This document shows, one piece after another, positions 12,301 through 24,595 of a stretch of 64,000 nucleotides of DNA. The stretch's first letter is position 1, and each line of letters opens with the position of its first letter. Source of the stretch: Marsupella aquatica (lineage: Eukaryota > Plantae > Marchantiophyta); the NCBI GenBank assembly GCA_973895155.1, contig OZ316892.1, forward strand, positions 7,795,251-7,859,250, written 5' to 3'. Made by a program: the position numbers and the translations under genes. Below the pieces are notes generated by a model, which did not search any database, had not been told where the DNA came from, and was given only the letters and a program-made list of their open reading frames with translations.

Positions 12301-14009
12301 GCTCTCTGCCACTGCACAGATACCCACCAATTTGCAGCCCAGCTAAAAGGAAGAGGGGAGAGACTACATCCTCAATGGATCTACCCACTGATCAATTTAT
12401 AAATTGAAGACTGCTTGAAGAGAGGGCTCTGCAAATGTGCTCTTGCACTACAGTAGGGCAGGAAGCCATTCCTGTCCGAGGGCCCATCATCGCTTTGCCC
12501 GCCCCTACCCACAGTTTGGGGGCGGAGATGGATGTTGGGGGCGGGGTTCGAGGAATGGGGGCGAGACTTCGGGGGCGGGACTTCGGGGGCGAGACTTTGG
12601 GGCGGGACTTCGGGGGCGGGACTTTGGGGGCGGGACTTTGGGGGCGAGTTTGGGAGCGAGTACACGTTTCTCACGGCTGTTTTTCGGCCACGCTATTATT
12701 GCAGCAGAAATGCTTGCCCTTGTTCCTTCCCCTCCCCCTCGCCCACCTCAGTTTTCGTGCTCACAGTGTCGTGAGTCGTCGAGTATACTCAGCGTGCTGC
12801 AATTTGATTTCATATCCAAAATGTCGTGATGCTTTTGATCGAGAGAGCCTTTGTTCTTACTGATCCCCAACCTTCCTCGATCGGGCTTTCTGGAAATCTC
12901 CTTTGAAATCTGGATCTCCGTCGCATGATCAAATAAAGAAGAGATGTTCGGGAGGGAGTGGTCACGGACTCCTTCAACGTGCAGTTGATAGGTCTCTCTC
13001 CTCCTTATCCTTTCCACTGAGTAGGCAGGTCAATGTCACAATTTTGGATGCTGGATTTTTCAGTGTGCAGCTCACATTTTCGCAGTATCAGAGGCACTAG
13101 CAGCACTGAATCTGCATTGGCAATGATTCAATTTAGAATTCGGTTTTGTTTGAGCATTTTGCATTATGGTTTTGACTGACTTCAATTTGCTGATGGCTTC
13201 ACGTAGGGATTCCCATCCAGCATTTGCTTCAATCTAGCTTGGCACTAGGGATTGTGGGGGGATTAAGTTCAGTATTGGCTTCTTGACCAGCCCATCGGTC
13301 TGAGATATAATGGTAGAGTTCATCAGACATTCCTTCAATGCTGTAGAAGTTCCGTCGTTCAGCGTTCTGACTGGGGTGTTTCATCCATCTATTTCTCCAA
13401 TGACAATGCAAAACTGTACATGGTTGTTGCAATGCCTGACGGTGTTCCTGAGTATTAGAGTTTCCATCTAGACTTCTGTAACTGGCTGACGGACTAGTTG
13501 CGTCACGTCGAGTTGCTTAGTCCTTAGTCTGCATTGGCATTGACCTTGACCTGGGAAGGTTAGGACCTCCCATGTGAGTGGCGGAGCAACCTGGCCTTGA
13601 CCCGTCTTACTCTTTTGGAGAGGGTCCTAGGCACTAGAGAATGCCGTCTGATCATTCATTGCTCACGGCCTTCTCGAAAACCTTAATCTCAGCTTGCTTA
13701 TCTGTCCTCCAGGTTTGTGGAGATGCCGGGATAATAACAAGAGCACCACTTTGGGCAGTTGTTGAGTCGGTGGATTTGATACAGGGGGAGAAAGAGAGCG
13801 GATTCTCTGGCCAGCTTCTACAACGATCGAAAGCAGAGGATTTGAGCAAATTGTATTGATTAATTTGTTAAGATCCAGAGAAAGGGAGAGACGAGATGGT
13901 GGAGGTGAAGAGAGGGCCGAAGAGGCTGATAAAGGCCGAGGTGGACGATGTGGTGAGTGCTGTGAAAACGGTAGCTCTCTCTAGCTCAGATTTGGTGGTG
14001 CCGAGAGTG
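12248..14009. repeat. Left arm of ~1.75 kb inverted repeat (native HAD/BAHD bidirectional promoter and 5' ends)
   Basis: Reverse complement aligns colinearly with 17967-19671 at many anchor points along its length. Confidence 0.95.
12565..12647. promoter_or_regulatory. Array of six ~14 bp GC-box-like units GACTT(T/C)GGGGGCG(G/A) between divergent genes
   Basis: The repeat is directly visible between the HAD ATG (12300) and the BAHD leader. A regulatory role is inferred from position only. Confidence 0.5.
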
Positions 14010-15378
14010 CACGTGGAGGTGATCTATGCATTCGAGGCACCAGCGCCTCCTGCTGAGCTTCTGGAGACTGGATTGGCCAAGACTTTGCTTGAGTACAGAG
14101 AATGGGCTGGGAGGTTGAGCAAGGATCTAGATGGGCGACCTGTCATTGCTTTGAATGGCCAAGGGCCAGCTTGGATTGATGCCGAAGCAGATGTTTCCCT
14201 GGTCAGCATGATGCCCTTTAGTCCTGGGCACCAGCTTTTGGAATTCGTTCCTCCGAATCGTGGCGTTGAGGAGCTCCTTCTGGTCCAGGTATGGTGGCCT
14301 TGACTTCCTCCTGCCGAAGCTTCAACCTGTTTATCTGTCATGGCTTTATGTTCAGCACCCTGCAGCTTCTTGTCCCGTTGAATTCAGTATTGTTCGACCG
14401 GAGAATCAAATAGTGATTTCCTCTCTATCTTAGAAGAGATAGAGAAGACGAAGTAGTGTTGATATGACTCTATGGACTGTAATGCAGGTGACGAAGTTCT
14501 CCTGTGGTGGAATTACATTGGGGATTGCAAGACATCATCAAGTAGCTGATGGCGAAGCTGCCACTGGCTTTATGGATGCTTGGGTGGCTGCTGTGAAGGG
14601 ACTGACACCTTCCGCATCTCCGTTCCATGATCGCTCTATTCTAATGGCAAGAGATCCTCCTCAACCAAAGTTCGAGCATATTGAGTATAAGAAGCCACCT
14701 CCGAAGCCTGAAACTGAGCCTCCAGTGGAGTACCCTCCTCTCTCCATTAAGAAGTTTCATTTCAGTTCGGTGACTTTGAAGAAGATGAAGGCTGAGGCAA
14801 TGAAGGACTTGAATGGCCAGGGGTTTTACACCACCTTCGAAAGCCTGACAGGTTACTTGTGGAAGAATGTATCTATAGCTCGTGGATTGAGTGGGGAGAC
14901 GGCAACGAAAGCCATGGTTGCAGTCAATGGGAGGAGGAAATTGAAGCCTCCAGTTGAAGACAATTACTTTGGCAACGTCATCTTCCATGCATGCTGCCAA
15001 GCTACAGTCAAAGATTTGATAGAGCAACCGTTGTCCCATGCTACTGATATTGTTCAGAAAGCTATCAAAAGTTTAGATGATGAATACATGCGTTCTGCCT
15101 TGGATTTTGTGGAGCTGCGGCAGAAGAATCCAGAGCCAGTAGCAAGAGCTTATAAGACAATTTTGTCACCCAATTTGAGTGTCACCAGCTGGGTGAACTT
15201 ACCACTCTACAAGCTAGATTTCGGATGGGGCACCCCACTATTTGCAGGTCCACCGCTGGTTCCATTTGAGGGTTTGGTCATGTTGCTCCCATCTTACACC
15301 AAAGATGGTAGTATTGATGTTTCTATTGCCCTGCTGGCTCCAGACATGGCAAAGTTTGAGAGCTTATTGCAAGAGTGA
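13896..15378 (+). CDS. BAHD acyltransferase (hydroxycinnamoyl-transferase-like), 2 exons 13896-14288 and 14488-15378, ~427 aa
   Basis: HXXXD (HQVAD), DFGWG and YFGN motifs, with an intron at the conserved LLVQ|VT position. Confidence 0.95.
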
Positions 15379-16186
15379 TAAGCAATAAACCTCTTATCCA
15401 GTCAAAAAATTTGCCTCAGGAAGCGCCTGTATATTTCTTCCTGGGGATGCATTTGCCTATTCCAGATTGTCAGAGTTGTGTGGGGAATCTGGACTGATAG
15501 ACCTTTCCTCTTTCCTGAATCAAGTAGATCTCTGTCCAGCTAACGACAGAGGAGAGCAGGAACGTGCTGTGGGATTCTCATCTGCGAATGGATTTCTTCG
15601 CCACTTTCTCTGTGAATTCACCTGAAAATGCTGCACTGCCTTGAGAACCTCTACTGGTCTGAACGATGTGTGCCATAGATCTTCAAATAGGAAACTGTGT
15701 TGCATATTCTGCTTTCATCTATCCTCAGGGTACTGGGAATTTGAGTGAGTGAGACAACTTCAGAATTTGACTCAAGGACCAAGATTATTATCTAGTCATG
15801 CAATATCTAGTATGTTGGTCCAGGTTGGGGCCTAGGACCTGGAACTTTGTTTCCATCCTCTTCACAGTCATACATATCTCATTTGTATATTATGAACATC
15901 ACCGGACTGTTGCGAGTAAAGACTCTTGGAGTTGCAATTTCCGTCATCAGGTCCTTTGCAAATTCAATGTGGGGTGCTCCTATTTAACTACCCCAAATGT
16001 TCAGTTTGAAGGATGGTTGTAGCTGGAGAAGTGTGTGAAGCAATGCTGCACATAGCCCAAAGCAGAAACAAAACAAAACAAGGTATGATCCAAAGAATCA
16101 AATGTCTTCACAACCAAGGGGGCGAAGAACTCTAAGAGGCATGTTGTGTCCTGAACACTAGTCCTCTTCCATCTCTCTTCAACCCC

Positions 16187-16397
16187 TAGCCCTCAAGGTG
16201 GTTGACAAGACCAAAGAAGCCATAATTGCATTATACCTTTCTTTTCCAAACTTTTGTCTAGTAGGGTCTAGTTTATATTCATAAGTATAGCCCTCGAGGT
16301 GGTTGACAAGATGAGAGAAATGATAATTACAGTGTACCTTCTTTCCAAACTTCTGCTAGTATTGTCTAGTTGAATTGTCTAGTTGAATATTCATAAG
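16187..16397 (+). repeat. ~100 bp diverged tandem duplication
   Basis: TAGCCCTC(A/G)AGGTGGTTGACAAGA...ATATTCATAAGT occurs twice. Confidence 0.8.
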
Positions 16398-17966
16398 TCA
16401 AGTATCAAAATCTTGGTATCTAAATAACCACATACACCTCCACTAGATTATGGAAAATGATTCAAACCATAATCTCAATCATATTCAAATTGCAACCTAG
16501 ACACATATTGTCTGTCTTCATGCCATATTTTTTGTCTTATAGATATAATATCTTGTCTGATTGTATGGAGCATGATGTACTTCAATCTGCTATATAGCTG
16601 TTGACGGATGATAATTTTAGGTGAATTACGTGAATAATTTTAGGGTTTAGGTCCATCCAAAACAATGGCTTATTTTCTCAGCTACTACTAAAATCATTAG
16701 TAGCATCAATCAACTACGATTATTGAGAACAATGAAGGCTGACCAATAAAAAAACTACTTTGTGTCAAAATAATGACAACTGTTTTTTTCTCATTGGTTA
16801 CTTGAAGAGTTGGGACTCCAACTCTCCCATTGAAGATAATCAAAAAGCATAAATCATTAGAGTTTTGACAAGCGTCATAAATTAATGCCAAAGAAAATGA
16901 GTAAACCTGATGTAGGTGATATCAGCAGAGGAAATACAGATAGCAGAATAGAGTTCAACAAGGGTAGTTGAGAGGAAGGTAGGATTCATGGAGCACATTC
17001 CAGGAAATCGAACCATTCAACTCCATTCTCTTGATTAGATCACTACAGAGCATATGAAAATGATTGGGTGTTTCACAAACACAAAGTAAAAAAATCCATG
17101 GCTGAAGATCAAACACTCACCCAAACTCATCCGCAACAATGTCAGGCTCATCAGAAAGGCCTAGTTCCAATAACGGCTTTAGATTAGCTGGACATCATTA
17201 CACACATAAGACAACCAGCTTGAACCAACAAAAGACATCAACCAACCCATGTCAGTGGAGTTATAAATTGACTCCACTTTCAGGCAAAAGTGTGAAGTCT
17301 ATCATCCCAGTTAAAAAAACATTTGCCACAGTCAAGGTTGCAAAAATCTATTAGTGCATTTTGTCATACTTGGACGTCCATTTGAGCTCCAAGTTCAGTG
17401 GTTTGAATTGGTAACATGGGAAAAAAAATTTAAATATACTTTTAAAATAGAATAATTTTACTAGACCATATTTTATCAGTTTATTGTTGGCCTGTACTTT
17501 TCAACTACAATCTTCTTGCAACCTAGACACTTTCTCTCAACAAACTTCCTCTCAATGGCATTAACCCAAAGGTCCCATTTGGATCACAACACCAACATTT
17601 TCAAAATGACAATTCTCAGCAAAGATTATTTGATCTATCTAAATATCGTGAAGTTCGTCTCGGAGTAGTTTCTTGTTCTCTCTGCAGTAATTACTCGGGC
17701 TCACTTTTCAGGGATCTCCTCATCAATGGGCCCACTTTTCGCCCCCAGCTTTTTCACACAATCATTTGCTCTTGGGGGAAACAGTAATGGACCTACTTTT
17801 TCTCTAGAAGCCCACAACTATGCAGAGATTGTCGTGAGAGGCGAGCAAGAAGGAATCGTGGGATTGAATCCACTCGAAAGACCGTGGAGGAGATGTTTGT
17901 TGCTGTACATGAACAGATATGTGAATGAGGAGATATGTTAATGAAGAGATATGTTGATGAAGAGAA

Positions 17967-18081
17967 CACTCTCAGCACCACCAAATCTGAGCTAGAGAGA
18001 GCTTCCGTTTTCACAGCACTCACTACATCGTCGACCTCGGCCTTTTGTCAGTCTCTCCGGCCCTCTCTTCACCTCCACCAT
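17967..18081 (-). pseudogene. Truncated, frameshifted BAHD 5' fragment (first ~38 codons)
   Basis: ATGGTGGAGGTGAAGAGAGGGCCG at 18081 (-). A +1 A (CTGACAAAAGGCC vs CTGATAAAGGCC) shifts the frame, and homology stops at 17967. Confidence 0.9.
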
Positions 18082-19671
18082 CTCGTCTCTCCCTTTCTCT
18101 GGATCTTATCAAATCAATCAATACAATTTGCTCAAATCCTGTGTTTTCGTCCGCTGTCTCAAATCCACCGAGTGAACAACTGCCCAGAGTGGTGATCTAG
18201 TTACTATCCCGGCATCTCCACAAACCTGGAAGGACAGATAAGCAAAGCTGAGTTTAAGCTTTTCGAGAACGCAGTGACTAATGAATGAAGCGACGGCATT
18301 CTCCAGTGTCTAGCACCCTCTCCAAAAAAGTAAGACGAGTCAAGGCCTGGTTGATCCACTCACATGGGAGGTCCTAACCTTCCCAGGTCAAGGTCAAGGT
18401 CAATGCCAATGGGAGACTAAGGACTAAGCAACTCGACGTGACACAACTAGTCCGTCAGCCAGTTACTGTACATCTAGGTGGAAACACTAATACTCAGGAA
18501 CACTGTCAGGCATTGCAACAACCATGCAGAGTTTTCCATTGTCATTGGAGAAATAGATGGAAGCAACACCGCAGTCAGAACGCCGAACGACGGAACTTGT
18601 ACAGCATTGAAGGAATGTCTGATGAACTCTACCATTGCATCTAGAGCAGATGAGCTGGTCAAGGAGCCAATACTATAGAAAAATCTCTACAGCCAAGCTA
18701 GCTTGCAGCAACTGTTGGATGCGAATCCCTCCGTGAAGCCATCGCAAATTCAAGTAAATCAAAACCTTGACGCAAAACAGAAACAAAACCGGATTCTAAA
18801 TTGAATCATTGCCAACGCAGATGCACTGCTGCTAGCGTGACACTGTGCGAAACTGTGAGCTTCACACTGAAAAATCCAGCATCCCAAATTGTGACATTGG
18901 CATGTCTCCTCAGTGGAAAGCAGAAGGAGGAGAACAATCTATCGACTGCAGGTTGAAGGAGTCCGTTACTACTCCCTCCCCAACATCTCTTCTTTATTTG
19001 AACATGAGACGGAAATCCAAATTTCAAAGGGGACTTCCAGAAACCCCTATCGTAAGTGAGGAAGGTTGGGGACCAGTAACAACAAAGACTCTCTCATTCA
19101 AAAAGCATCACGACATTTTGGATGTCAAATCCAATTGCAGCACGCTGAGTGTACTCGACTACTCACTAAACTGTGAGCACGAAAACTGAGGTGGGGTGAG
19201 GGGTAGGGTAGGGTAGGGGAGGGGAAGGAACGAAGGCAATCATTTCTGCTGCGAACTAATACCGTGGCCGAAATAAAGGCCTTGAAAAACGTGTACTCGC
19301 TCCCAAACTTGCCCCCAAAGTCTCGCCCCCAATTGTCCAACCCCGCCCCCAATATCCAGCTCCGCCCCCAAACTGCAATCGGGTAGGGGCGGGCAAAGCG
19401 ATGGGGCCTTGGACGGGAATGGCGTCCTGCCCTACTCTGGTGCAAAGAGCAGGTTTGCAGAGCCCTCTCTTCAAACAGTCTCCAATTTAGGAATTGATGA
19501 GTGTCTTGCTCGGTCGAGCATTTTTCTCCCCCCCTCTTCCTTCTAGCCGGTCAAGGGTGGGCTGAGCTGAGGTGGGCTAGGCTCCAAATTGGTGGGTTTC
19601 TGCTCAGTGGCAGAGAGCATGACGAATTTGTCTTCCAGAGCAGCGGGAGTGATCCTGAAGAGCCCGGGACT
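17967..19671. repeat. Right arm of inverted repeat (diverged copy of 12248-14009)
   Basis: For example, the reverse complement of 19590-19671 matches 12248-12330, and 17967-18140 matches the BAHD leader and first codons. Confidence 0.95.
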
Positions 19672-19768
19672 GATGCTGGCCCTCGAAGTGCAAGATACGA
19701 TATAGAATTGACATATTTCAAATGTTATGTCTGAAGGTGGGCCAAAATATGTAGCGTTGCTTTTGGAC
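19619..19768 (+). pseudogene. Rearranged HAD 5' fragment (exon 1 start, inverted filler, exon 2 piece)
   Basis: ATG at 19619 reads MTNLSSRAAGVILKSPGL, against native MANLSSRAAGVILKSPGL. 19674-19689 is identical to 12163-12178 in direct orientation, and 19691-19768 matches the reverse complement of 11624-11700. Confidence 0.9.
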
Positions 19769-20065
19769 TGAAAAGTAGCTTCCGCTGAATTGGGCTACCG
19801 CTGAAATGTTCCGGCCCTCTGCGCCACTGCAGTCGTGAGAGCTCGCCCTTGATCGAGAGCAAACTCGGAGAGTCGGAGAACTTTAGAAATCTACATTTCA
19901 AAAACGTAATGTATCTATACTCTGCCAAGAGATACCTTCATTCCTTCTACCAGGAGGACAAAACTCCAAACTTGCTCAGTGATGATTCTTGAGAAGAGAG
20001 TGGAGAGTGTTAGTCGAGCACTGACATTGCAGACGTCCATCGCAGGTACTCAGTAGGGGGTAGGG

Positions 20066-22691
20066 ATGGAGATGAGAGTCGCCCTGGATGGCAGCGGCAA
20101 CTACAGAAGTGTGCAGGAAGCTGTCGATCGCATACTGTTTAACAACAAGCAGAGAGTGGTGATCCGCATTGCTCCCGGGATTTACAAGCAACCCGTCTAC
20201 ATACCCAAGACCAAAAACCTCATCACATTTGTTGGCGTTGATGCTCACCGAACCATTTTGAGTTGGTTCAATACCGCCACCAGCATTCAACACCATCAGG
20301 TGGGGCAATGCGCCTTTATATCTCTCTATCTCTGTTCCTTGTGCTAGAGCATGGCTACTTGTGGAGTTGAGGCATCATACTCTCATAGTGTGTAGGCACC
20401 TGGCTGAGTAGCTGAGCTCTTGAAGTTGTATTGGGCTGGATTAATTAGTTTTGGAACAGTATTTAATCAGCTGGTCCAAGCTTGACATTATGTTTTGCTG
20501 GTTGAGTTTGAGCGAAAGATGAGTTTGTTGAAAGGAATATAGTGGAGTAATAATTATGGATAATAGGCTAAGTAAGTCTGGTGATTCCTGGGAAGGATAC
20601 CTTATTGTCTTGCCAATTCACAATCCACACTGTTACACAAGTACCTGAGCCTAATGGAGTGCTGGCGGGGTTGTTATGGGGACTGCAGACAGAGAAAGTT
20701 ATTGGAACAGGCACTTTCGCTTGTGGAAGTGTTATTGTGGAGGGCGAGGATTTTATTGCAGAAAATATCACCTTTGAGAATGCTGCTCCTAAGGTAGGTC
20801 AATAGTCTGTGCATTCCGTCCCATCAGCCACTTTGCACGTGGTCTCTTTTGTTGTCTCAAAAGTGTGGGATGATTCATTAGTTGCATGTCTTGTAACTCT
20901 TCCTCAGTATATCTCATAGTTTGATAACTTTGTACATCAGAAAGATGACTTTCTAGACGCCAGTGGTTTGTGAGCTTAACCCATTCTGTATCAATTCATG
21001 ATTTTGTATCTTCCCTGCACTCCAACCAAGATCAAAGCATGAGCGCCGTGTACTTGTGCAGGGATCTGGTCAGGCAGTGGCAATGAGAGTTACTGCAGAC
21101 CGATGTTCTTTCTATGGTTGTCGCTTTCTTGGTTGGCAGGTATAAGTCATTACCTTCATTACGGGCCTTCGAGACTTTATTTTTTGGAGACGGAGAGGAT
21201 CCCGCCTGGTGCATATTTAAGATCTTTGCAATTTGATCTTATTTTCTGAGAATGTAATTGGATGGAGCTTATGCTAATCAAATTCAATCCTAGCAAGCTG
21301 TTACGTCTGCCTTGTCCAGATGTGGTTGTGAGATTTCATTATCGTAATATTTCTGGTCTGGCGCAGGACACAGCATATCTACATTATGGTAGGCATTATT
21401 TCAGGGACTGCTACATCGAAGGCAGCGTTGATTTTATCTTTGGAAATGCTACTGTACTTCTGGAGTATTGTCAGATTCATTGCAAGTCTCAGGGATTCAT
21501 AACTGCCCAGCAGCGCAAAAGCGAAAGTGAAACGACTGGCTATGTTTTCCTTAGGTACGAGCTCTTTGCATACTTTGTGCTGCTGAAGAACTTTGTATGC
21601 CGACTAAAGATCACTGCAGGTCTAAATGAGGATGATTGAAACGAGTTGGAAACGGCATATACGTGAGACCCTGGAAAGAGCACACTCCTTTCGTTTTGAA
21701 AAAACTAGATTATAGGTTGGCGAAACAGGAGAACTTCACATTTGATGAGCTAAACTAGCCAGTATTATCCGCTGGTAGCAGAAGAAATGCTGCTACGGTT
21801 TGAAATATATCCCCCACATCCTTTCCCCCGGCCCCCTTTTCCCTTATGACCCCCAAAGGGAGAACTGCTGCATAGGGAACGACCCCCAATTGTCACCTTC
21901 ACGACTTGCAAGGAGGAAAAATTGCCCCGAGGGAGTTCATCACCCAGGAGCCCCTTGGTGTATATCTTAGCAACTGCACTTCTGTTTGTAGAGTCCTGCC
22001 ACTAAAAAACAATTGTTTCTAAAACTTTCAAGGGACCTCGATTGTTGTTTTGTTGGTAGCAGAGGGTACGGGTTGGTAAAAAATGCATGATGTATCTACA
22101 ATAATCACTTTATGCTTTTATGATAAGTATTTTATCTCTTCTCTTGACATACTTCTTCCGCGCTGAGACTTTAGTGTCTACGTGCAATTTGATACAATAT
22201 TGTGAAATGTGGCAGGTGTACAATCACGGGGACTGGAGAAAGTAAGCCTTACGTTCATTTGGGCCGTCCCTGGGCACCGTATGCAAGAGTGTTGTTTGCC
22301 TACACTTGGATGGACAATTGTGTGCTTCCTGCAGGGTGGAATAATTGGGGAAACCCACAAAATGAAAACACTGCTTGCTACTTAGAATACAGGTAACCCA
22401 GTCTGTTATGTGAGTGCTGCATTTGATCTAATTTCAGGCAGTGTTCTCACGGATCCTAATCAAACTGATGCCCCTTTGAAATTTTGCAGATGTACAGGCC
22501 CTGGAAGTGATACTACGAAGCGTGTTCCTTGGGCCCGGAAATTGACATATGAAGAGGCTGCACCTTACATTTCCACCCTATTTATTGATTCGCAAGGGTC
22601 TTGGTTAAATGCTAACAGGGCACAAATTGTCCCAATGATTCCTGTGCCTCTGTCAGCTGGTAGTATGCCCAGCTCTAGCAAGTGGTTCTGA
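20066..22691 (+). CDS. PME31: Pectin methylesterase, PME31-type (no signal peptide or PRO domain); exons 20066-20299, 20689-20793, 21062-21139, 21367-21554, 22216-22392, 22490-22691
   Basis: Motifs DGSGNY, GIY, QAVA, QDT, DFIFG and LGRPW are all in frame across GT-AG junctions. The segment HHQ...VIGTGTF(A/G)[20 protein letters not shown] matches Arabidopsis PME31 as recalled. Confidence 0.92.
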
Positions 22692-23752
22692 GTGAAATGC
22701 ATGAGGCTCAGCCGTGGATTCAGCAGACACTCTATGCAATTGCAGTTGCTCTCTACAAACAGTGATTAGATATCCTGAAGCAAAAATAGTTCCCACAAGG
22801 TAGCCATCTACAGCACAGCCTTACTGGTCAAGCCCGAGTTGTCGGAGATGCTACTGCAGCTGACAAACGACCTATCGTGCAATTGACAGTCGCAGCTCAT
22901 TACTAAAACCCGTCCTTTAGTCTTCCTCAAACTATGTCCCAAGCACTGTAGCATCAAGCTCGACCAGAGACATGTCGAACGAGCGCCATGTCTGCGAGAT
23001 GAGCATCTTCACGAGACCTAAACAGGAAAAGCGCTCCTGGTTAACCAGAAGCTATCATTACATCCTCACGTGGACGGGTGACTATGGCAAGCAGCTTGCA
23101 TACTCATTCCTGAGCGGCTCTTCACGAGCAACAGCATTCATGTGGACAACCGACTTTCATTGGCGGATTTCACTAAGCTTATAGCCTCACCAAAACCATG
23201 CTATCTATTGTTGGGCCCTAGAAATTGGAGCCATTGCACCACCTCGAAGGCTGGCAATGCAGCAGTCACATATCCATGTACATCTTGTGAATGTCCCTGC
23301 ACTCGATGGAGACCACTTTTATTTTACTCTGGGGTCTTCGTACGTTGTCTGAGTCTGAGCCGATGAATTTGCCTCTAAGAATTGTCTTGCATCTGAAAAA
23401 CGGCGGAAAAAACCACTTTCTTGTTTCGCCCGTCACTAATAGTGTTTTGTCATATTTAGCCTTCTTCGGTGAAGCCCTTTGTTCGGCCGTTCCTGAGGGC
23501 ACTGTAGTTTGTTTGCTTATTTCTCTAGACGTTTTTGACCAAACCTCTGTACTGACGAACTGACTGTACGTACAGTACTCTAGGTGGTAGAGAAAATATT
23601 CTGGCCACAAAAACCTTTGTTTTAAAGTATGCGAAAGCTATAATGTTTCACCAACGTGATTTTTGCCGCCTAGATCATAGCTGCATTCCTTAGGCCTGTC
23701 ATTCTCGTTCGTGCTTTACCTCTACTTACGGAGCTCTTAACGTTCGAGAAAA

Positions 23753-23833
23753 TGTACATGATCATCCAGAGGGATGTTACAGTCCATGCAGACTGTACAT
23801 TATCATCAAGTGGGATGTTACAGTCCATGCAGA
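23753..23833 (+). repeat. 41 bp tandem duplication
   Basis: TGTACAT(G/T)ATCATC...GGGATGTTACAGTCCATGCAGAC occurs twice. Confidence 0.85.
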
Positions 23834-24330
23834 CATCAGTTTAGGGTTAGTGAACACGAATTTAGATCCCCATCAAAACCAAAATTGCAATGAAGGGAAA
23901 AATTTCAATGAGATGTCCAGGAACACTTCCCGAATAGTCCTTATGTCCTGGAAGAAGAGTGTGCTACATAACTACAGGTTCTCCTGGCAGGTATGTACAG
24001 ATTTGCAGGGCAAAAGAACCCAGTAATTGTCCGTAGAAGTGGCTTGAACCAGTGGCTTGATCCAGGGGCTTGAACCACTTCTGCATTCCTCTTGTTCTTT
24101 TTGCACACGAATTGTAATAACGTAGTGTCATCCAATTCGCTTCGAATCAAGGACTTATATAGAGTCCCAGCCCACGCCCACCATAGAGTTGACAACTGTT
24201 GCCTTGAAGCCTATTCGAGCACTTACATAAGACACCCAAGAGAGAACTCAAAGTTAAGACAGATCCAGGTGACCATGCCAGTTTCCTATGATAATCTGCA
24301 CTGTCCAATTTCCTCCAGTAGTTTCTTACA

Positions 24331-24595
24331 CTATTGCACCTTCAATAGAGCGATTATACAAATATTGGTTGCAAACCAGAAATTGAACTCAATAGAAAAG
24401 CTCCACATCACCTTGGAAAAACGCTACTCGGTATCTTTCTACACTAAGGAAGACCCAATTGGAGGGTTCACTGTTGCACCTTTCATAGATCGATTATACA
24501 AATATTGGTTGTAAGCCTGAAATTGTACTCAGTAGAAAAGCTCCACATCACCTCGGAAAAATGTTACTCCATATGGAAGACCCAATTAGAGGGTT
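24331..24595 (+). repeat. ~130-140 bp tandem duplication
   Basis: CGATTATACAAATATTGGTTG...TAGAAAAGCTCCACATCACC...GGAAGACCCAATT(G/A)GAGGGTT occurs twice. Confidence 0.88.

Noticed and set aside
19619-19768. HAD fragment as a processed (retro) pseudogene
   Set aside because: The junctions do not match the exon boundaries (12135/11722), the middle piece is inverted, and promoter DNA is included.
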